Origin: Octopus vulgaris
Taxonomy: Eukaryota
Direction: 5' to 3'
DNA length: 64,000 nt
Assembly (NCBI GenBank): GCA_951406725.2
Contig: OX597828.1
Location: forward strand, 43,958,001 to 44,022,000
Under the pieces are notes generated by a model that was not told the origin of the DNA, searched no databases, and worked only from the letters and a program-made list of their open reading frames with translations. Below are positions 41,790 through 58,080 of the stretch, piece after piece. The position numbers and the translations under genes are program-made. Numbering within the stretch: position 1 is the stretch's first letter; every line of letters starts with the position of its first letter.

Positions 41790-42208
41790 TTTTTTTTACT
41801 CTCTTTTACTTGTTTCAGTCATTTGACTGCGGCCATGCTGGAGCACTGCCTTTAGTCGAGCAAATCGACCGCGGGACTTTTCCTTTGTAAGCCCAGTACT
41901 TATTCTATCGGTCTCTTTTGCCGAACCGCTAAGTGACGGGGACGTAAATACACCAGCATTGGTTGTCAAGCAATGCTAGGGGGACAAACACCGACAAACA
42001 CACATAAATATATACTCACACACATAAATATATATATATATACATATATACGACAGGCTTCATTTAGTTTCCGTCTACCAAATCCACTCACAAGGCATTG
42101 GTCGGCCCGGGGCTATAGCAGAAGATACTTGCCCAAGATGCCACGCAGTGGGACTGAACCCAGAACCACGTGGTTGGTTAGCAAGCCACTTACCACACAG
42201 CCACTCCT
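41790..42208 (-). mobile_element. SINE family B, near full length
   Basis: Reverse complement of 26409-26813. Confidence 0.88.
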
Positions 42209-42356
42209 GATATATATATATCATTGACATCTTAAGTACTAGATTTGGTTTCATATATCTTATTTTTCTTATTTTCGGACAATTTTGAAAAAGCAACTGC
42301 GTTTTTTGCGCGTACACATTAGAGCCAATATTACTGAACTACGATATATATATATA

Positions 42357-42581
42357 CCACGTGATCACGTGACCATAAATCGTGGTATAAATCGCTGGTC
42401 ACAGTGCGCTTTACATTGTATTAGCCTTCAAATTGCGCCACCACACTGATCGAAAGGGGAACTGGAGCAACCTGAACTTAAGTGTTTTGCTAAGAACACA
42501 ACGTGCCGCCCGGCTTGGGAATCGAACCCACGCTCTAGCGATTCTGAGTGTAATAACCTAACCATTAGGCCACATGCCTTC
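42357..42581 (-). mobile_element. tRNA-derived SINE family A, tail type 2
   Basis: Head gaaggcatgtggcctaatggttagg; tail gaaggctaatacaatgtaaagcgcactgtgaccagcga shared with 43522. Confidence 0.7.
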
Positions 42582-42644
42582 ACACATACACGCATATATA
42601 TGATATCTGTGTGTGTGTATATATGTATATATAGAGAGAGTGAG

Positions 42645-42676
<32 letters not shown>

Positions 42677-42980
42677 GGCACATTAGTGGCTGTGTGGTAA
42701 GTAGCTTGCTTACCAACAACATGGATCCGGGTTCAGTCCCAATGCGTGGCACCTTGGGCAAGTGTCTTCTACTATAGTCTTTGTTTGTCCCTCCAATATC
42801 GCTTGACAACCGATGCTGGTGGGTTTACGTCTCCATAACTTAGCGGTTCGGCAAAAGAGACCGATAGATTAAGTACTGGGCTTACAAAGAATGAGTCGTG
42901 GGGTCGATTTGTTCGACTAAAGGCGGTGCTCCAGCGTGGCCGCAGTCAAATGACTGAAACAAGTAAAAGAGTAAAAGAGT
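42677..42980 (+). mobile_element. SINE family B with central deletion
   Basis: Head joined directly to the 3' half at ...ctactatagtct|ttgtttgtccc. Confidence 0.85.
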
Positions 42981-43521
42981 ATATATGTATATATATATAA
43001 ACCCAGATATTTCTTTCGATCAAAGCATATGTATTGGACGAACTTGCGAATAACCGATTTGAGTGAGAGAGCCTTTGTTTGGTGACTGCTTAATCTTTCT
43101 ATAAGTATAGCTTATTGTCTTAGTTATACCGAACTAATTTCTCAGATAATAGTAATCATGCTTAGAAGCTCCAGTAATTTACTCAGTTATTATCTATATG
43201 TGTGCTTGTATCTACGAAAGCATTGCTAAACCAGAAGTAAAATTAAGTGACGCAAAACATTAACGTTGAGGAAATATCAGATCGTACTAGCATCAATATT
43301 ATAGAAATGTTAGTAGACCTAAAGTTGGTATGAATTCAATATGCTGCCATTAATGAAAAGAATAAACCTAGAATTAACTGTGCATATACCAGTGGATGCA
43401 TGACCTGGTGTATAAACAACATTGCCTTGTAATCTTTTCAATTAAAGTTGCTGTTTTCGAGTCCAGGGCGACACTGTACACGAACGAATGACAAATAATT
43501 CTGAATAAATTGTAAATGTAA

Positions 43522-43828
43522 ATCACCCTGATCACCTTGACCGATCAGGCTATCAGATGTTGCTACACATCGCTGGTCACAATGCGCTTTGCATTGTTTT
43601 AGCCTTCAAATAACGCCACCCATCTTGCTAAGCGAGCAAGCCAACAGAAGGAAGAGTGAGAGAAAGTTGTGGAGAAAGAGTACAGCAGGGATCGCCAGCA
43701 CCTCCTACCGGAGCCTCGTGGAGCTTTAGGTGTTTTCGCTCAATAAACACAACGCCTGGTCAGGGAATCGAAACCGTGATCCTACGACCTCGAGTCCGCT
43801 GCTCTAACCACTGGGCCATTGCGCCTTC
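43522..43828 (-). mobile_element. tRNA-derived SINE family A, tail type 2
   Basis: gaaggcgcaatggcccagtggttagagcagcggactcg head and tail ...catctgatagcctgatcggtc. Confidence 0.85.
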
Positions 43829-43844
43829 ACTGTAGATGTAAATA

Positions 43845-44058
43845 CTGGTTTCAAATTTTGGCACAAGGCCAGAAATATCGGGGGTGGGGGGTGGAGTTAA
43901 GTCAATGACAATGATCCCAGTGTTTAATCGCTATTCATTTTATACAATCCGAAAAGACGATCCCATCGGCATTTGAGTTCACAATGTATAGACGGACGAA
44001 ATACCACTAAGCGTTTTGTCCGGGCGTGCTAACATTTCTGCTACCTTACCGTCTTAAC
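43845..44058 (-). mobile_element. SINE family C, diverged
   Basis: Reverse complement reads gcagaaatgttagcacgcccggacaaaacgcttagtggtatttcgtccgtc. Confidence 0.7.
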
Positions 44059-44118
44059 GGGTAGATAGAATTGTTAACAGATGTTTCATATCTAGAGATG
44101 AGGTTGAAAACTATAATT

Positions 44119-44283
44119 GGCGCAGGAGTGGCTGTGTGGTAAGTAGGTTGCTTACCAACCGCATGGTTCCGGGTTCAGACCCACTGCGTGGCATCTTGGG
44201 CAACTGTCTTCTACTATAGCCCCGGGCCGACCAATGCCTTGTGAGTGGATTTGGTAGACGGAAACTGACAGAAGCCCGTCGTA

Positions 44284-44336
<53 letters not shown>

Positions 44337-44560
44337 TTGTATGTCTGTGTTTGTCACCCTAGCATTGCTTGACAACCGATGCTGGTGTGTTTACGTCCCC
44401 GTCACTTAGCGGTTCGGCAAAAGAGACCGATAGAATAAGTACTGGGTTTACAAAGAGTAAGTCCCGGGGTCGATTTGCTCGGCTAGAGGTGGTGCTCCAG
44501 CATGGCCGCAGTCAAATGACTGAAACAAGTAAAAGAGTAAAAGAGTAAAAGAGTAAAAGA
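44119..44560 (+). mobile_element. SINE family B, full length
   Basis: As 26409, with a (GTAAAAGA)4 tail. Confidence 0.88.
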
Positions 44561-44782
44561 GAGTTTACTATAAATTGGTGTGGTTGGATTTGTTTTGGTC
44601 ATGTAACATGTATTGAACAAAATAAATAATCTAGTAATTGATCCGCTTCCATTTAAATGGAAGTGGATCAAGTACCACAGCTGATCACACCCTACTTCCC
44701 ACGGCACCATAAGCTCAATCGGGACTATTTTCCTTGTGTTTTCAGACCACAAAACTACATTCCGATTCACTCTGTGTCTAGA

Positions 44783-45045
44783 CTGGTGGCTCAAAACGAT
44801 TTTTTACCAATGGACTCCTTTTGGTACTTATTCTAATCGTCTGGGCCTCCACCCCAATAGCCATTCCATGACATAAATCCTATAATATTTTTATAAATAA
44901 TAGTTATTAGGAACTGTATAAAAAAATTTTTTTAAATATTTTGTGTATCACTGTGAGCGTATATCCAACTTATTGCATATAAATTTTAACAATAACATCT
45001 GATGTGGACTTCCAAGGTCCGTACGGACGCCGATTGAAAAACACT
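44783..45045. mobile_element. Possible decayed hAT-type MITE
   Basis: Right end GATTGAAAAACACTG resembles CAGTGxTTxTCAA hAT TIRs; left end degenerate; no clear 8-bp TSD. Confidence 0.3.
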
Positions 45046-46060
45046 GGCTGAGAACAAACAAACAACTATATGAAATATTTTGGGAATAGTAAAAAAGACG
45101 GAAACTAATAACATGCCCACATTCGAGGCGCCAGATACTGGAAAGTCTATAGAAGTGTATGGTGTAAGTAATGCTGTTGGAAAAAAGAAGATGGGATGCT
45201 GTGGTGAAAGGGATGATGGAATTTCTATCAGTTCCCTTTCTTGTAATTTTGTTTTGTTTTTTTTGTTTTTTAGTCTTCAGTCTTTTGAAAAATTTTAAAA
45301 ACTGTTTTAGCGTCTGAATTTACGTTTATTGAAAATAATGCGAAATTTTTTTAAAACACAAATATGAGAAGATTCCTGGAAAGACACATGACTGAAAAAC
45401 CACGGAAGAACGAGAATATTCTCCCCATCTCTTACCACACTTTTCGTATTGTTCATTTATTTTTCACAGAATCTCAATCTACAGAACATAAAACTAACGC
45501 ACCTGAAGAAATTACGGTTTCTCCTGCATTAGATACTTAATAGAAAGAAACACGCTATCTTTTAAAGCTATATTGATATAATGCTGTTGCCTAATTTGTC
45601 TTTCTTGACCAGAATTAATCATGAATATAATACTTTACTTCTCAATATTGGTCTCATTATAATGAATTAGGATATCTTGGTTGGCTCTATCAAACATGAT
45701 AACCCTGATGTAACAGCCGGGTATTCACACAGACGGTGTCCTTGAATATATTTCCTCGGTAATTACAACTAATTCTTCAGATAATTGTAATCAAGTTTAG
45801 AAGATTCTTCAAGTTGCTCCACCATTATCTATATGCGAGCCGGAATCTACAAAAGCATTCCCCGACCAAAAGCAGAATTAGCTGTTTCGTTAAAAGACAC
45901 ATTTTAACATTGAGGAAATATCAAATCAAAGAAACATATTATCAGATCAAATTAAATAGATTCTGTAATCTATTATGGAATTCCTTCAACGACGATACAA
46001 CGATTCTAAACTCTAAGGGTTGAAATTTCTATTAAGTTTTATTATTAACATTGTTATTGC

Positions 46061-46117
<57 letters not shown>

Positions 46118-47093
46118 CATCATCATCATCATCATTATTATTATCTTCTTTCTTTCTTTTTATATATTTTGGCATTCAACAATTTACAAGATCGTTTACT
46201 TTTCAATGTGGTCAATGGAGTTAAAAATCTCGACGTTTGGAAAATATTTTAACAGATAAGCTTTATTCTAAATGGCAAAAGGATGGAAGTCTTCGGAAAC
46301 CTTTCAAATTAACGACGATTAAGTATGATTTCATGTACGGATAGTAACGTCTTGGAAACGGCATGCTTTACTAAGTTGTTGTTTTTTTTTATACCTAAAA
46401 GATATACTGTTCACAAACTTAATCCTTATCCCTAAAAGGCATTAAAAAATTATCAAGAATGGATTCGTAAGGCGTTTCTGAAAATTTAAGCCAAGATCTC
46501 ACCAAAAACTAACACCTGTCTTGGAAAAAAATTAACAAGCCAGATAATCCGCTTCATTTAATTATTTTTTCCGGGTAATTTGTTACTTGGTCTGAGATTC
46601 TCCGATGATATCATTATTTCAATTCAAATACAGGGTAGCGGAAATACTATCCCTTAGCTATCAAAGTGGATTTGTAAGCTCATAAAACGTAATGAAAACA
46701 ACACAAGAATCCTTAATCTCCAAGCTAAATTCTTGGTTATCTTTGTTTAGCAATACGTCTTATCAAAAATACCAGTAATTGAGTGATACTACACACTGAT
46801 TGGTCAGAATACAGTTTGCAAAACCTAGCACTCTGGAGCCTACCCAGCTGTATTTATAGCACAGACTCACTCATCTTGCTACAGTCAAAAATTGTGAAGC
46901 ATGACTGTCAACACTACTACATGAACCCGAAGATTGCAGAATTCAATGCATGAAAGTACTAGTTCAATCAGAATGAATATTTAACATTCTACTATTTCAT
47001 TTTATTTTATTCAATTATAATATATTATCTTATAATATATCATTATAAGATTGTAAATAAAACGTGAAAATCAGACAAGGTTGGAATTCTTTT

Positions 47094-47138
<45 letters not shown>

Positions 47139-47313
47139 GTAGTAATGACTTTGAAAGTCCCTCCTAGCGTGTGGCATTTATGTGTAATAATGCCCTCTAT
47201 ATAATATAAATAAATATTTTCAAGTGAAAAAAATTTTCAGATTGTTTTCTCTTATGAGGTTTTTCACGCTAACTACCTGATAATTTCTTATTAAGATTTT
47301 ATCCTTAATTGTT

Positions 47314-47378
<65 letters not shown>

Positions 47379-47779
47379 ATGTTCCTCTCAGCAAAGTGTA
47401 AAAGACTGATGTGACGTCAATACGAATTGAACTCAGAACGCAAAGTTCGATTGTATATACCACAACACATATCTGTCAACTAACTAACTCATCTGCCAAT
47501 ACATACACGCACTCATGTGTATGTGTACATACACGGGTGTATGTTCGTAGTTTTTAAAATGCATTGCATTTTTAAATATATACAAATGTTTTCCTTCAAA
47601 AAAAATGCTGTATATTTCAGCATGAGGGACTATTTTTTTTCTGTTTTTTTTTTTCATGCATTTCTATATATGACAGTAAAATTACAATTTTATGTTTTCA
47701 GCTCAGAAATATTGGATACTTTTACTGAAAATATGATCGTGTTTATTTTCACAAGGTGAGTTTTACATACATGTATACG

Positions 47780-48070
<291 letters not shown>

Positions 48071-48232
48071 TTATCTCTCTATCTAAATGCCTGACTATCT
48101 GCCTATCTATCTTGTATTACATGATGATTTACCTTTGATTTACCTGCATTTACCTATAGTTAATCAAATTCGTTTAAAACTGCGTACCTTATTGACATCA
48201 GCCTGGATTTTTAAAACCATTTTTCTTCGTTT

Positions 48233-48267
<35 letters not shown>

Positions 48268-48325
48268 ATATACATATACACTCACACACACACATACACA
48301 AACACACACACCCACATATACATGT

Positions 48326-48643
48326 ATGGGTACAAAAAGCCACCAACTGTAAACATGAAATACGAAATCAAATGAGTTCAATGCGAAACAATGAGCTAAA
48401 CAAATGGAAAACAGAGCAAATAACACAAGGAAAAACCCTTCATCAGTTGTCGGTTGTCTATCTACTCCTCATTTCGAGCATTTAATGACAATATGAGTCT
48501 TCGAAGACAGTTGCTCACATACGTACCAATAAAATATTTTGGATTTACGGAGGGTCAAAGTTGGGAACCAAAACAGGACATTGGAGAAATATAAGGAAAC
48601 CGAACGAAAATGAACATGGAAGGTCGTCGGACCCGAAAAGGTA
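48326..48643 (-). repeat. Dispersed repeat, longer copy of 892-1049
   Basis: Inverted similarity to 892-1049. Confidence 0.7.
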
Positions 48644-49701
<1,058 letters not shown>

Positions 49702-49721
49702 TATGTGTATATATAATTATG

Positions 49722-49797
<76 letters not shown>

Positions 49798-49815
49798 TGT
49801 GTGCGTGCGTGTGTA

Positions 49816-49856
<41 letters not shown>

Positions 49857-49879
49857 GTGTGTGTGTGTGTGTGTGTGTG

Positions 49880-49915
<36 letters not shown>

Positions 49916-50031
49916 TGTATATATATGTGCATATATGTGTATATGTATGTATATATATATATATATGTGTGTGTATATATATGCATATATATATGTATAT
50001 ATAAGTATATATATATATGTGCATGTATGTG

Positions 50032-50067
<36 letters not shown>

Positions 50068-51102
50068 TGTATGTATGTATGTATATACGATGTATGTGTG
50101 TATCTATTTATGTATATACTTATAGAATCTCGTACGTAGCAAACAACGAAATATTTCTTTTCTAAGAACAAGCGTATTTTCTTATAAAATATAATGTTAA
50201 ATTGTGAAGTATAGCCGAGCTGGGGTTGTGAGTTAGAGGTGTGGTCAATCAGATCAATTAATAGTTTACTGCAACTAAACGACAAAATAGCGTTCATTAC
50301 AGCATAAAACGAATTTTCCTCTATTTTATACATATTTTAAATGGATACGAGCCTCGGAATCACCAGCATAAATCAGCTAATCTGAATCGCAGCTGCAGGA
50401 TTCTCATAGGAATGGGAGTAATCGGTCATAAATATCTCGTATAGTAATATCTGAACACAATTAATAAATTAGGAATTCGAACTTAAGGAGAAGCATATGA
50501 GATAAACGTAAAGTTCTGTCGATCCTTAATGATGCCGAAAAAGAAATAAAATAATTACTTTTGTTATTATGCTGTGCGTAAACCATTTAAAAAAAAAGTT
50601 TTTATCAACACCCAGGCGAATAAAATCAAAGTTGGAATCGGCGACATTTGAACTCATTCTGTACGCAACAACAGAGCACCCCCAAAATAACCTACTGATA
50701 TAACCCGAGTAAGAACACACACCCACTTCGTGAAACAAAATGGAATACTTAAACAGCGATTGCATTCATTCAGACGCACATTATACTTTCATTTCAAGTC
50801 CTTATATGTCACCTTAACCTAACACTCTATTGTTTTTATGAGAAATACATTATTTTTCGCTGCACTAAGTTTTTTATTACAAAATTCATTCGTGGATGTC
50901 CCAAAGTTTGCAAAGAGCCTTCTTTTATAAGTATTATAGAATATTATAGAACATAATAAGTTTTATAGAATATAGTATTATTCTATTATAAATAAATGGT
51001 TATAACTGCAATTAGGATTATGGGAAGAGGCAATCGCATCCAGATGTCAACAAGAACAGTCATTTATTGTTAATACTGGTCCTTGCTGCTGTTACCTATT
51101 TT

Positions 51103-51111
51103 CTGCTGCTG

Positions 51112-51153
<42 letters not shown>

Positions 51154-51508
51154 TTACTGCTATTACTACTGCTGCTGCTGCTGCTGTTGCCACAGCCACT
51201 CTCACCACTACCACTAGGAATAATGCCCACTCCACCCCTTCCTCCTCCTCTAACTACTACTTCCACTGCCACCCCAACCCTACCACTACCACCACCACCA
51301 CCACCACCACCACCACCACCACTACTACTAATACTACTACTACTACTATTGCCGCTGCTGCCACTCTCACCACTACCACTAGGAATAATGCCCACTCCAC
51401 CCCTTCCTCCTCTAACTACTACTTCTACTGCCACCACCACCTCCACCCCTACCACTACTACTAACATCACCACCACCATACCACCACCACCACCACCACC
51501 ACCACCAT

Positions 51509-51542
<34 letters not shown>

Positions 51543-51543
51543 G
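51103..51543. repeat. (CTA)n/(CCA)n tract with a ~165-bp tandem duplication
   Basis: gccactctcaccactaccactaggaataatgcccactccaccccttcctcctc occurs at 51196 and 51360. Confidence 0.9.
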
Positions 51544-51949
51544 TTAAACAAATGTTTGAACTTCGATCACAGAATGACGGAACAAAACGGCTCGAAGCAT
51601 ATTCAGCTATTCTCAATATTTAAATGAAAAAAAAAATAATCATTATATTTCAGAAGAAACTTAATAATCTCCATGAACAAACTCACCGGTTGCTGTAATC
51701 TCCTTCCTTTTCATGATACTCCCAGCCATTTTTCATCCCTCAAAAATAACAAAAAAAAACAAGAGTTCTGTAAATTACGCGCTTAGAGATCACACGAAAC
51801 GAAAAGGACTACGATGAAATTCTAAGGGATTATAACCAAGAATAAGAAGTTAAAACCTAACCTCTGAGTATCTTCTTAGGCTATAATACGGTCCCATCCA
51901 AAATATCATTGTCGTCATCGTTTTTGTCATCACTGTCGTCGTCATCGTC

Positions 51950-52750
51950 TTCATCATCATCATCATCATCATCATCATCTTTATCATTCAGCATCCGTTT
52001 TCCTATGCTGGCCTGGGTTGGACGGTTTGTTAGAAGATGACCAACTGGAGAGTTGCCTGGACTCCATTTGTATATTTTGGCATCGTCTTTACGCCTGAAT
52101 GCACTTCCTAACGTTAACCACTTTGAAAGAGTGTACCGAGTGCTTTTAACGTCGTGGCACAGACAGAGGGCATTTACGAAGCAGTGTAACGGGTCCTTTT
52201 ACGTGGTACCGGCACAGATGCCTTTATATAGCACCAGCACCCACAAGCCCGCAAGGCTAGTATCTCTCAGCTGAGAAAAGGACGTAGAGGTATCCCTATA
52301 TGGACATCTATGTACTTAGCTCGACATGTCGTCGACTGAAGCACAGCAAAACTGCCAGATGTCTCAGTTCCTATTCATCACTTCTGAGAGGCCCAGCATC
52401 TGAAGATCCTTTCCCACCACTTCATCCCACGTCTTTCTGGGTCTACCCCATCCACACGTTCCATCCATAATTAGAGGTCGGCACTACTTGACGCAGCTGT
52501 CCTCCGCAATACGTATTACATGTCCATACCGGAGTAGTCTTCTCTCTTACACACTGCACCTAAAGCCTCTTACACCCAATTTTTTTCTCAAACCATTTAT
52601 ACTTTGTCGTATATATACACACTGACATTACTCATCCAGCGGAGCGTGATGGCTTTATTGTTTTCAGGCCATCGTGTGTCATCTGTAGTCACAGCTGATG
52701 TCTTGCTGCCATGTAGCGTAGCTGTTCGCACACAGGCACCATACAATCTT
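51950..52750 (-). mobile_element. RTE-clade LINE 3' end with (GAT)n tail
   Basis: LYGACVRTATLHGSKT...LRWMSNVS...LRKKLGV...ERRLLRYGHVIR...GRPRKTWDEVVGKDL is a typical RTE C-terminus; 3' UTR ends aaaacggatgctgaa-(tga)n. Confidence 0.88.
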
Positions 52751-53317
52751 CGTGTCAATATTCAATATTTGCAAAGAATGATGGATGATAATTAAAAGAG
52801 GACAATCGTGGATACAATCGGACGCAATGTAGTTCCTCAGAAGAATCTCTGGAGTAAAGTTACTCGAGACGGTGTATAACTCAGGGATCAGGTAATTTCT
52901 ACAGGTCTAGGCTTTACTTTGTTCCGCATTGAGATGTTACCCCTCGGGGGTTATGCACATGGGATAACACTATCGCAGTAAAGGAAAAAAATTCAAGAAG
53001 GATTCTTTAAGCCCTCCCTGTAGGGCAATGTTTTGTTTAGATATTTTTACATGTCAATTAATTTCCTAACTCAATATCCCTTCCTTGCATTTCAAAACCC
53101 ACAACATTTTATTCTTTGTCTTGCTACCTGAAACACTATTTCTCTGTCCAGCTGCGGTTATTTAACCCTGTATATTCCAACTTCTATAATTATTTACTTA
53201 CATTGATTTCAACAATTCGTAATGGACAAAACTGGTTATATGTAAGTCGAAAACATTGTAGTATATATAAATGAAATATACACCTATTCTATTGGCTTTT
53301 TTAATATGGCCCATAAA

Positions 53318-53500
53318 AAGGCGGCTAGCTGCCAGAAATGTTAGCACGCCGGACAAAATGCTTAGCGGTATTTCGTCTGCCGCTACGTTCTAAGTTCAAA
53401 TTCCGCCGAGGTCGACTTTGCCTTTCATCCTTTCAGGATCAATAAATTAAGTACCCGTTGCGTTTTGGAGTCGATATCATCATTTTGGCCCCTCCTTATC
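53318..53500 (+). mobile_element. SINE family C
   Basis: aaggcggctagctgccagaaatgttagcacgccgg...gcctttcatcctttcaggatcaataaattaagtacc. Confidence 0.8.
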
Positions 53501-53631
53501 CGTTTTTAATGTGTCGGCGTATAAGTGTGTGTATAAGTATGTGTATAAGTATCTATATATACATGTGTGCGTGTGTGAGTGTGTAATATATATATTAATA
53601 TTTACATTGACTATATTGTTGTTGTTGTTGC

Positions 53632-53915
53632 TTGTTCCTTCTCGAGCCAAGCCTTGATCATAGGGGCCGGTCTCCCGGTTTCATTGGTGTATAAGTTCTC
53701 CACTTGGACTGGACGACGGTCCGCCACAGGTGAGTTGCTAGATGACGGAGTAAAGAGACAGAATATTGTGGCGAAAGAGTCAGGAGAAGTTCGCCATAAG
53801 CCGCATGGAGCTTAGGTGTTTCGCTCATAAACACACACATCGCCCGGACTGAGATTCGAACCCACGATCCTTCGATCTCGAGTTCGCTGCTCTAACCACT
53901 AGGCCATGTGCGTCC
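53632..53915 (-). mobile_element. tRNA-derived SINE family A, tail type 3-like
   Basis: ggacgcacatggcctagtggttagagcagcg head, gagcgaaaacacctaag body and gaaaccgggagaccggcccc tail. Confidence 0.75.
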
Positions 53916-54147
53916 ACATTCTACATACATTGACTATACACACACACACTTTTATTTGGTTCAGTCATTTGACTGCGGCCATGCTGGAGCACGATGTCAA
54001 ACGATGGTAGGGGGACAAACACAGACGCAAATATATACACACACGTATGAGAGTATGTATATATATACATACGCCATGTTGGTTCGTTAACCCCTACACG
54101 CAATTTTTTTCTCGCCTTGTTTCTCTCCTTGTTTCTTTACTGTGTAT

Positions 54148-54183
54148 CTTTCTGTCGAAGAGCGTAGGCTCGAAACGTAAAAG
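54148..54183 (+). ncRNA. Minimal hammerhead-like motif, A6U core (copy 3)
   Basis: CTTT-CTGTCGA-A-GAGC-gtag-GCTC-GAAA-CG-TA-AAAG; differs from copies 1 and 2 only at N7. Confidence 0.6.
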
Positions 54184-54283
54184 ACTTTTTCTATTTCTAT
54201 TCCTGAGCGACATACTAATACATTATTTGCTTGTACTCCCCCTGCCTTCGTCTTTTGTTTATTTTCGTAAACCTTCCGTTATG

Positions 54284-54350
<67 letters not shown>

Positions 54351-54408
54351 CGACCACCTTCTTTCAGTTTCCGTCTACCAAATCCACTTATAAGGCTTTA
54401 GTCGGTCC

Positions 54409-54514
<106 letters not shown>

Positions 54515-55268
54515 CAGAAAAATGTAGATACATAGACAGATATATATGAACGCGCTATGTTTTTGTGACAATATTTTTACTCGTCGGTGAATATATTTAT
54601 TATCATAATTCAAATTCACTAAGCAGATAGAGCGATTGTAAGTGGATGGTCACATTGGGCAAATGAAAACAAATGTCCATAAAATATCTCAGTAGATAAA
54701 CATGAAGGATTGGCGCAAAACGGTTTCAGAAATTCTTGAAAACACTCCACACAAAACACTCACACGTCTCTATCATTTCTGTACGCATCGTGTCGGCTAA
54801 AAACATATTTGGTATTACAAGTCAATCACTTTCTACAATACATGCACATCTTAAGGGTTTACACACACACACAGAGACACATATGCACACGACACACATG
54901 CACACACACACTGAGACACAAACAGGTACACACACACTCGCTCACATACTCGAGTGGCTTAATACTTACATGTTGTTATTAATAGCTTCATATGTATATT
55001 GAGAGACAATTTCCCAAAAAGCATCTATATAAATATATAGGTCTGTATATATAAATACATTATATTATATATATATATATATATACATACATACAAACAT
55101 ACATATATATATATATATATGCGTGTGTGTGTGTGTGTGTATGCACAAACACATAAACACACAAATATATATATGTTTATACAAATGTATATATATTTAT
55201 ATATATATGGATGTTTGCATATGTATATAAGAGTATATATGCATAAATATACATACATATATATATAC

Positions 55269-55299
<31 letters not shown>

Positions 55300-55345
55300 T
55301 AAATGTACATATACCTATATGTATGTACATGTATATATATACGTA

Positions 55346-55399
<54 letters not shown>

Positions 55400-55938
55400 T
55401 GCATATATACACACACCTATTAGATAGTAAAATTATTTTGTAGCCATGCAGACGTACAACAAAAAATACCATCACGAAAATGGCGCTCAAATTATTCACA
55501 ACGGCGCACATGCATATATGACGAGAAAAGTACAAAAAAATCATCCAGCGAAAACAAAAACAAAAACAAAAACAGAAAGTAAACAACAACAAAAAACACA
55601 AATAGAAAGCAAATAAGTCGGAAGAGGAAAGTAATATAAAACAGAATCTTGAAAATGAGAAAACTATCATAGAAACAATGTACAAAATACATTGGTCCAC
55701 GACTTAATGGTTGACAAACACGCAAGGATGTTGTATTCTATCGAAGACAAATTATAAGATATTTTCTTTTTTTTCTATTCACCTTGTATAAGGAAGTTAT
55801 GCGTATATGGAGCGGCTCTTCAGCGAAAGAAAGGCATGGCTTGTAAGTGGGTGTGTGTGCGTTTGTTTGTGTAGGCAGATGTGAAGTTCCGTTTGTGTGT
55901 GTGTGTGTGTGTGTAGAATTCACCTATCTTTCTTTCTA

Positions 55939-56006
<68 letters not shown>

Positions 56007-56046
56007 TTATATCTTAGATAAATATATAAATATATATGATATATAT

Positions 56047-56097
<51 letters not shown>

Positions 56098-56344
56098 CAT
56101 ACACAATAGATATATCATATATATTTATATATTTATATTTTTATATATTTATCTAAAAAGGAGTCATTTTTTAAAATAAGGCGAAATATGCAGAGAAATG
56201 TCCACATATATATATGCATACATACAAACACACACAATTATATGTATATACACACACACACTCAAACATTTCTAGCTATCTCGCTGACTATATATCTATC
56301 TATCTATCCATCTATCTACAGATACATAGATGGATGAATAGACG

Positions 56345-56412
<68 letters not shown>

Positions 56413-56669
56413 TGAAGAGGGAGAGGGCAATAAATGATTATATGAGATTCCACTCGGAGTTTGGAATCTCAGGTTACTCCGTTTCTTAAGGCTCAAATAT
56501 ATGGAGATTGAACTAACGTAGGGGATAAATGTATACTAGAGAATAACTCGGAGTAGCTTTGAACATTAAAAGTACTCTACTGCATTTAATATTTTATTTT
56601 CCAATCGAACGTCTGAATATCTGTTTGATATTTGTCTATCTATCTCACTCTTTACCTCTCTCTTTTTTT

Positions 56670-56722
<53 letters not shown>

Positions 56723-56890
56723 TTATCTCACTATCTATATATACATATGGGGGGGGCAGATATATGCATATATATAAATATATATATTCATATATATTTA
56801 TATATATATGCATATATATATATTTGTATATATGCTCATATATATATATACATATATATATATATATTTATTTATATATACATATATATA

Positions 56891-56938
<48 letters not shown>

Positions 56939-57699
56939 CAAATATATAACTATATTTATTTATATATATACGCACACACAGACACATATATGTATTTATA
57001 TGTATATATATATGCATACATTCATACATATACATTATATACATATATATATCTATGTGTGTATGTATATTTATATATGTATATATATACACGTGGATGC
57101 ATGTCTATCTGACTGACTGTCTGCCTGTCTGTCTGTCTGTATGTATGTATGTATGTATATATGTATGTATGAATGTATATATATATATTGTCTGTTAAAA
57201 ATGTCCTTGGTCACATCTATATATTAATACAGCTGACTAATAAAGCCGCGGTCGGTTGAAAATAACATGCGAGGCTCTTCCTTAATATTTAGGCCAATAT
57301 ACTGAAAAGATAAAAAATGGAAACAACGTAAAAAATTTATGAACGAAAAACATGGACAGACATTTTTGCCCTCACAGTACATTTCTATGTTCTTCAATTT
57401 ACAATTTCCCCACAATTACGCTTCTACTTGGTTTGTGTCGTTCTTCATATCCAATATGTATGTATGTATGTATGTATGTTTGTATGTATCTTTCTTTACA
57501 TCCATATATACATTGTCATATCAACGCATGCGCATACACGGGCTTTTACTGTCCTTATATTACAGTTTCTATCTAGTATTTATTTGTCAGCAATCCTTAT
57601 ATATTCCGAAGATTTATTTATTTATTTTTTCAATCGACTTTTTTTTATTTTAGGAATTTTTTTTGTCATTCTTAGATGTTTTCACACTACATATCTATT

Positions 57700-57707
57700 T
57701 GTCTATC

Positions 57708-57745
<38 letters not shown>

Positions 57746-57746
57746 C

Positions 57747-57780
<34 letters not shown>

Positions 57781-57912
57781 ATCAGTGTGTCTATCTGTCT
57801 ATCTCTCTGTCTATCTACCTGTCTGTCTGTCTATCAGTCTATCTCTCCGTCTGTCTATCTGTCTGTCTCTCTATCAGTCTATCTCTGTGTGTCTATCTGT
57901 TTGTCTATAAGC

Positions 57913-57968
<56 letters not shown>

Positions 57969-57977
57969 TTATCTCCT

Positions 57978-58021
<44 letters not shown>

Positions 58022-58022
58022 G

Positions 58023-58054
<32 letters not shown>

Positions 58055-58080
58055 TTATTTATCTATGCATCTATCTATCT
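57700..58080. repeat. (CTAT)n/(CTGT)n microsatellite
   Basis: Direct read. Confidence 0.95.

Noticed and set aside
51067-51627. 186-aa Pro/Thr/Leu-rich ORF resembling an extensin, formin or mucin
   Set aside because: Built from (CTA)n/(CCA)n runs and a local duplication, open on both strands, with a non-ATG start
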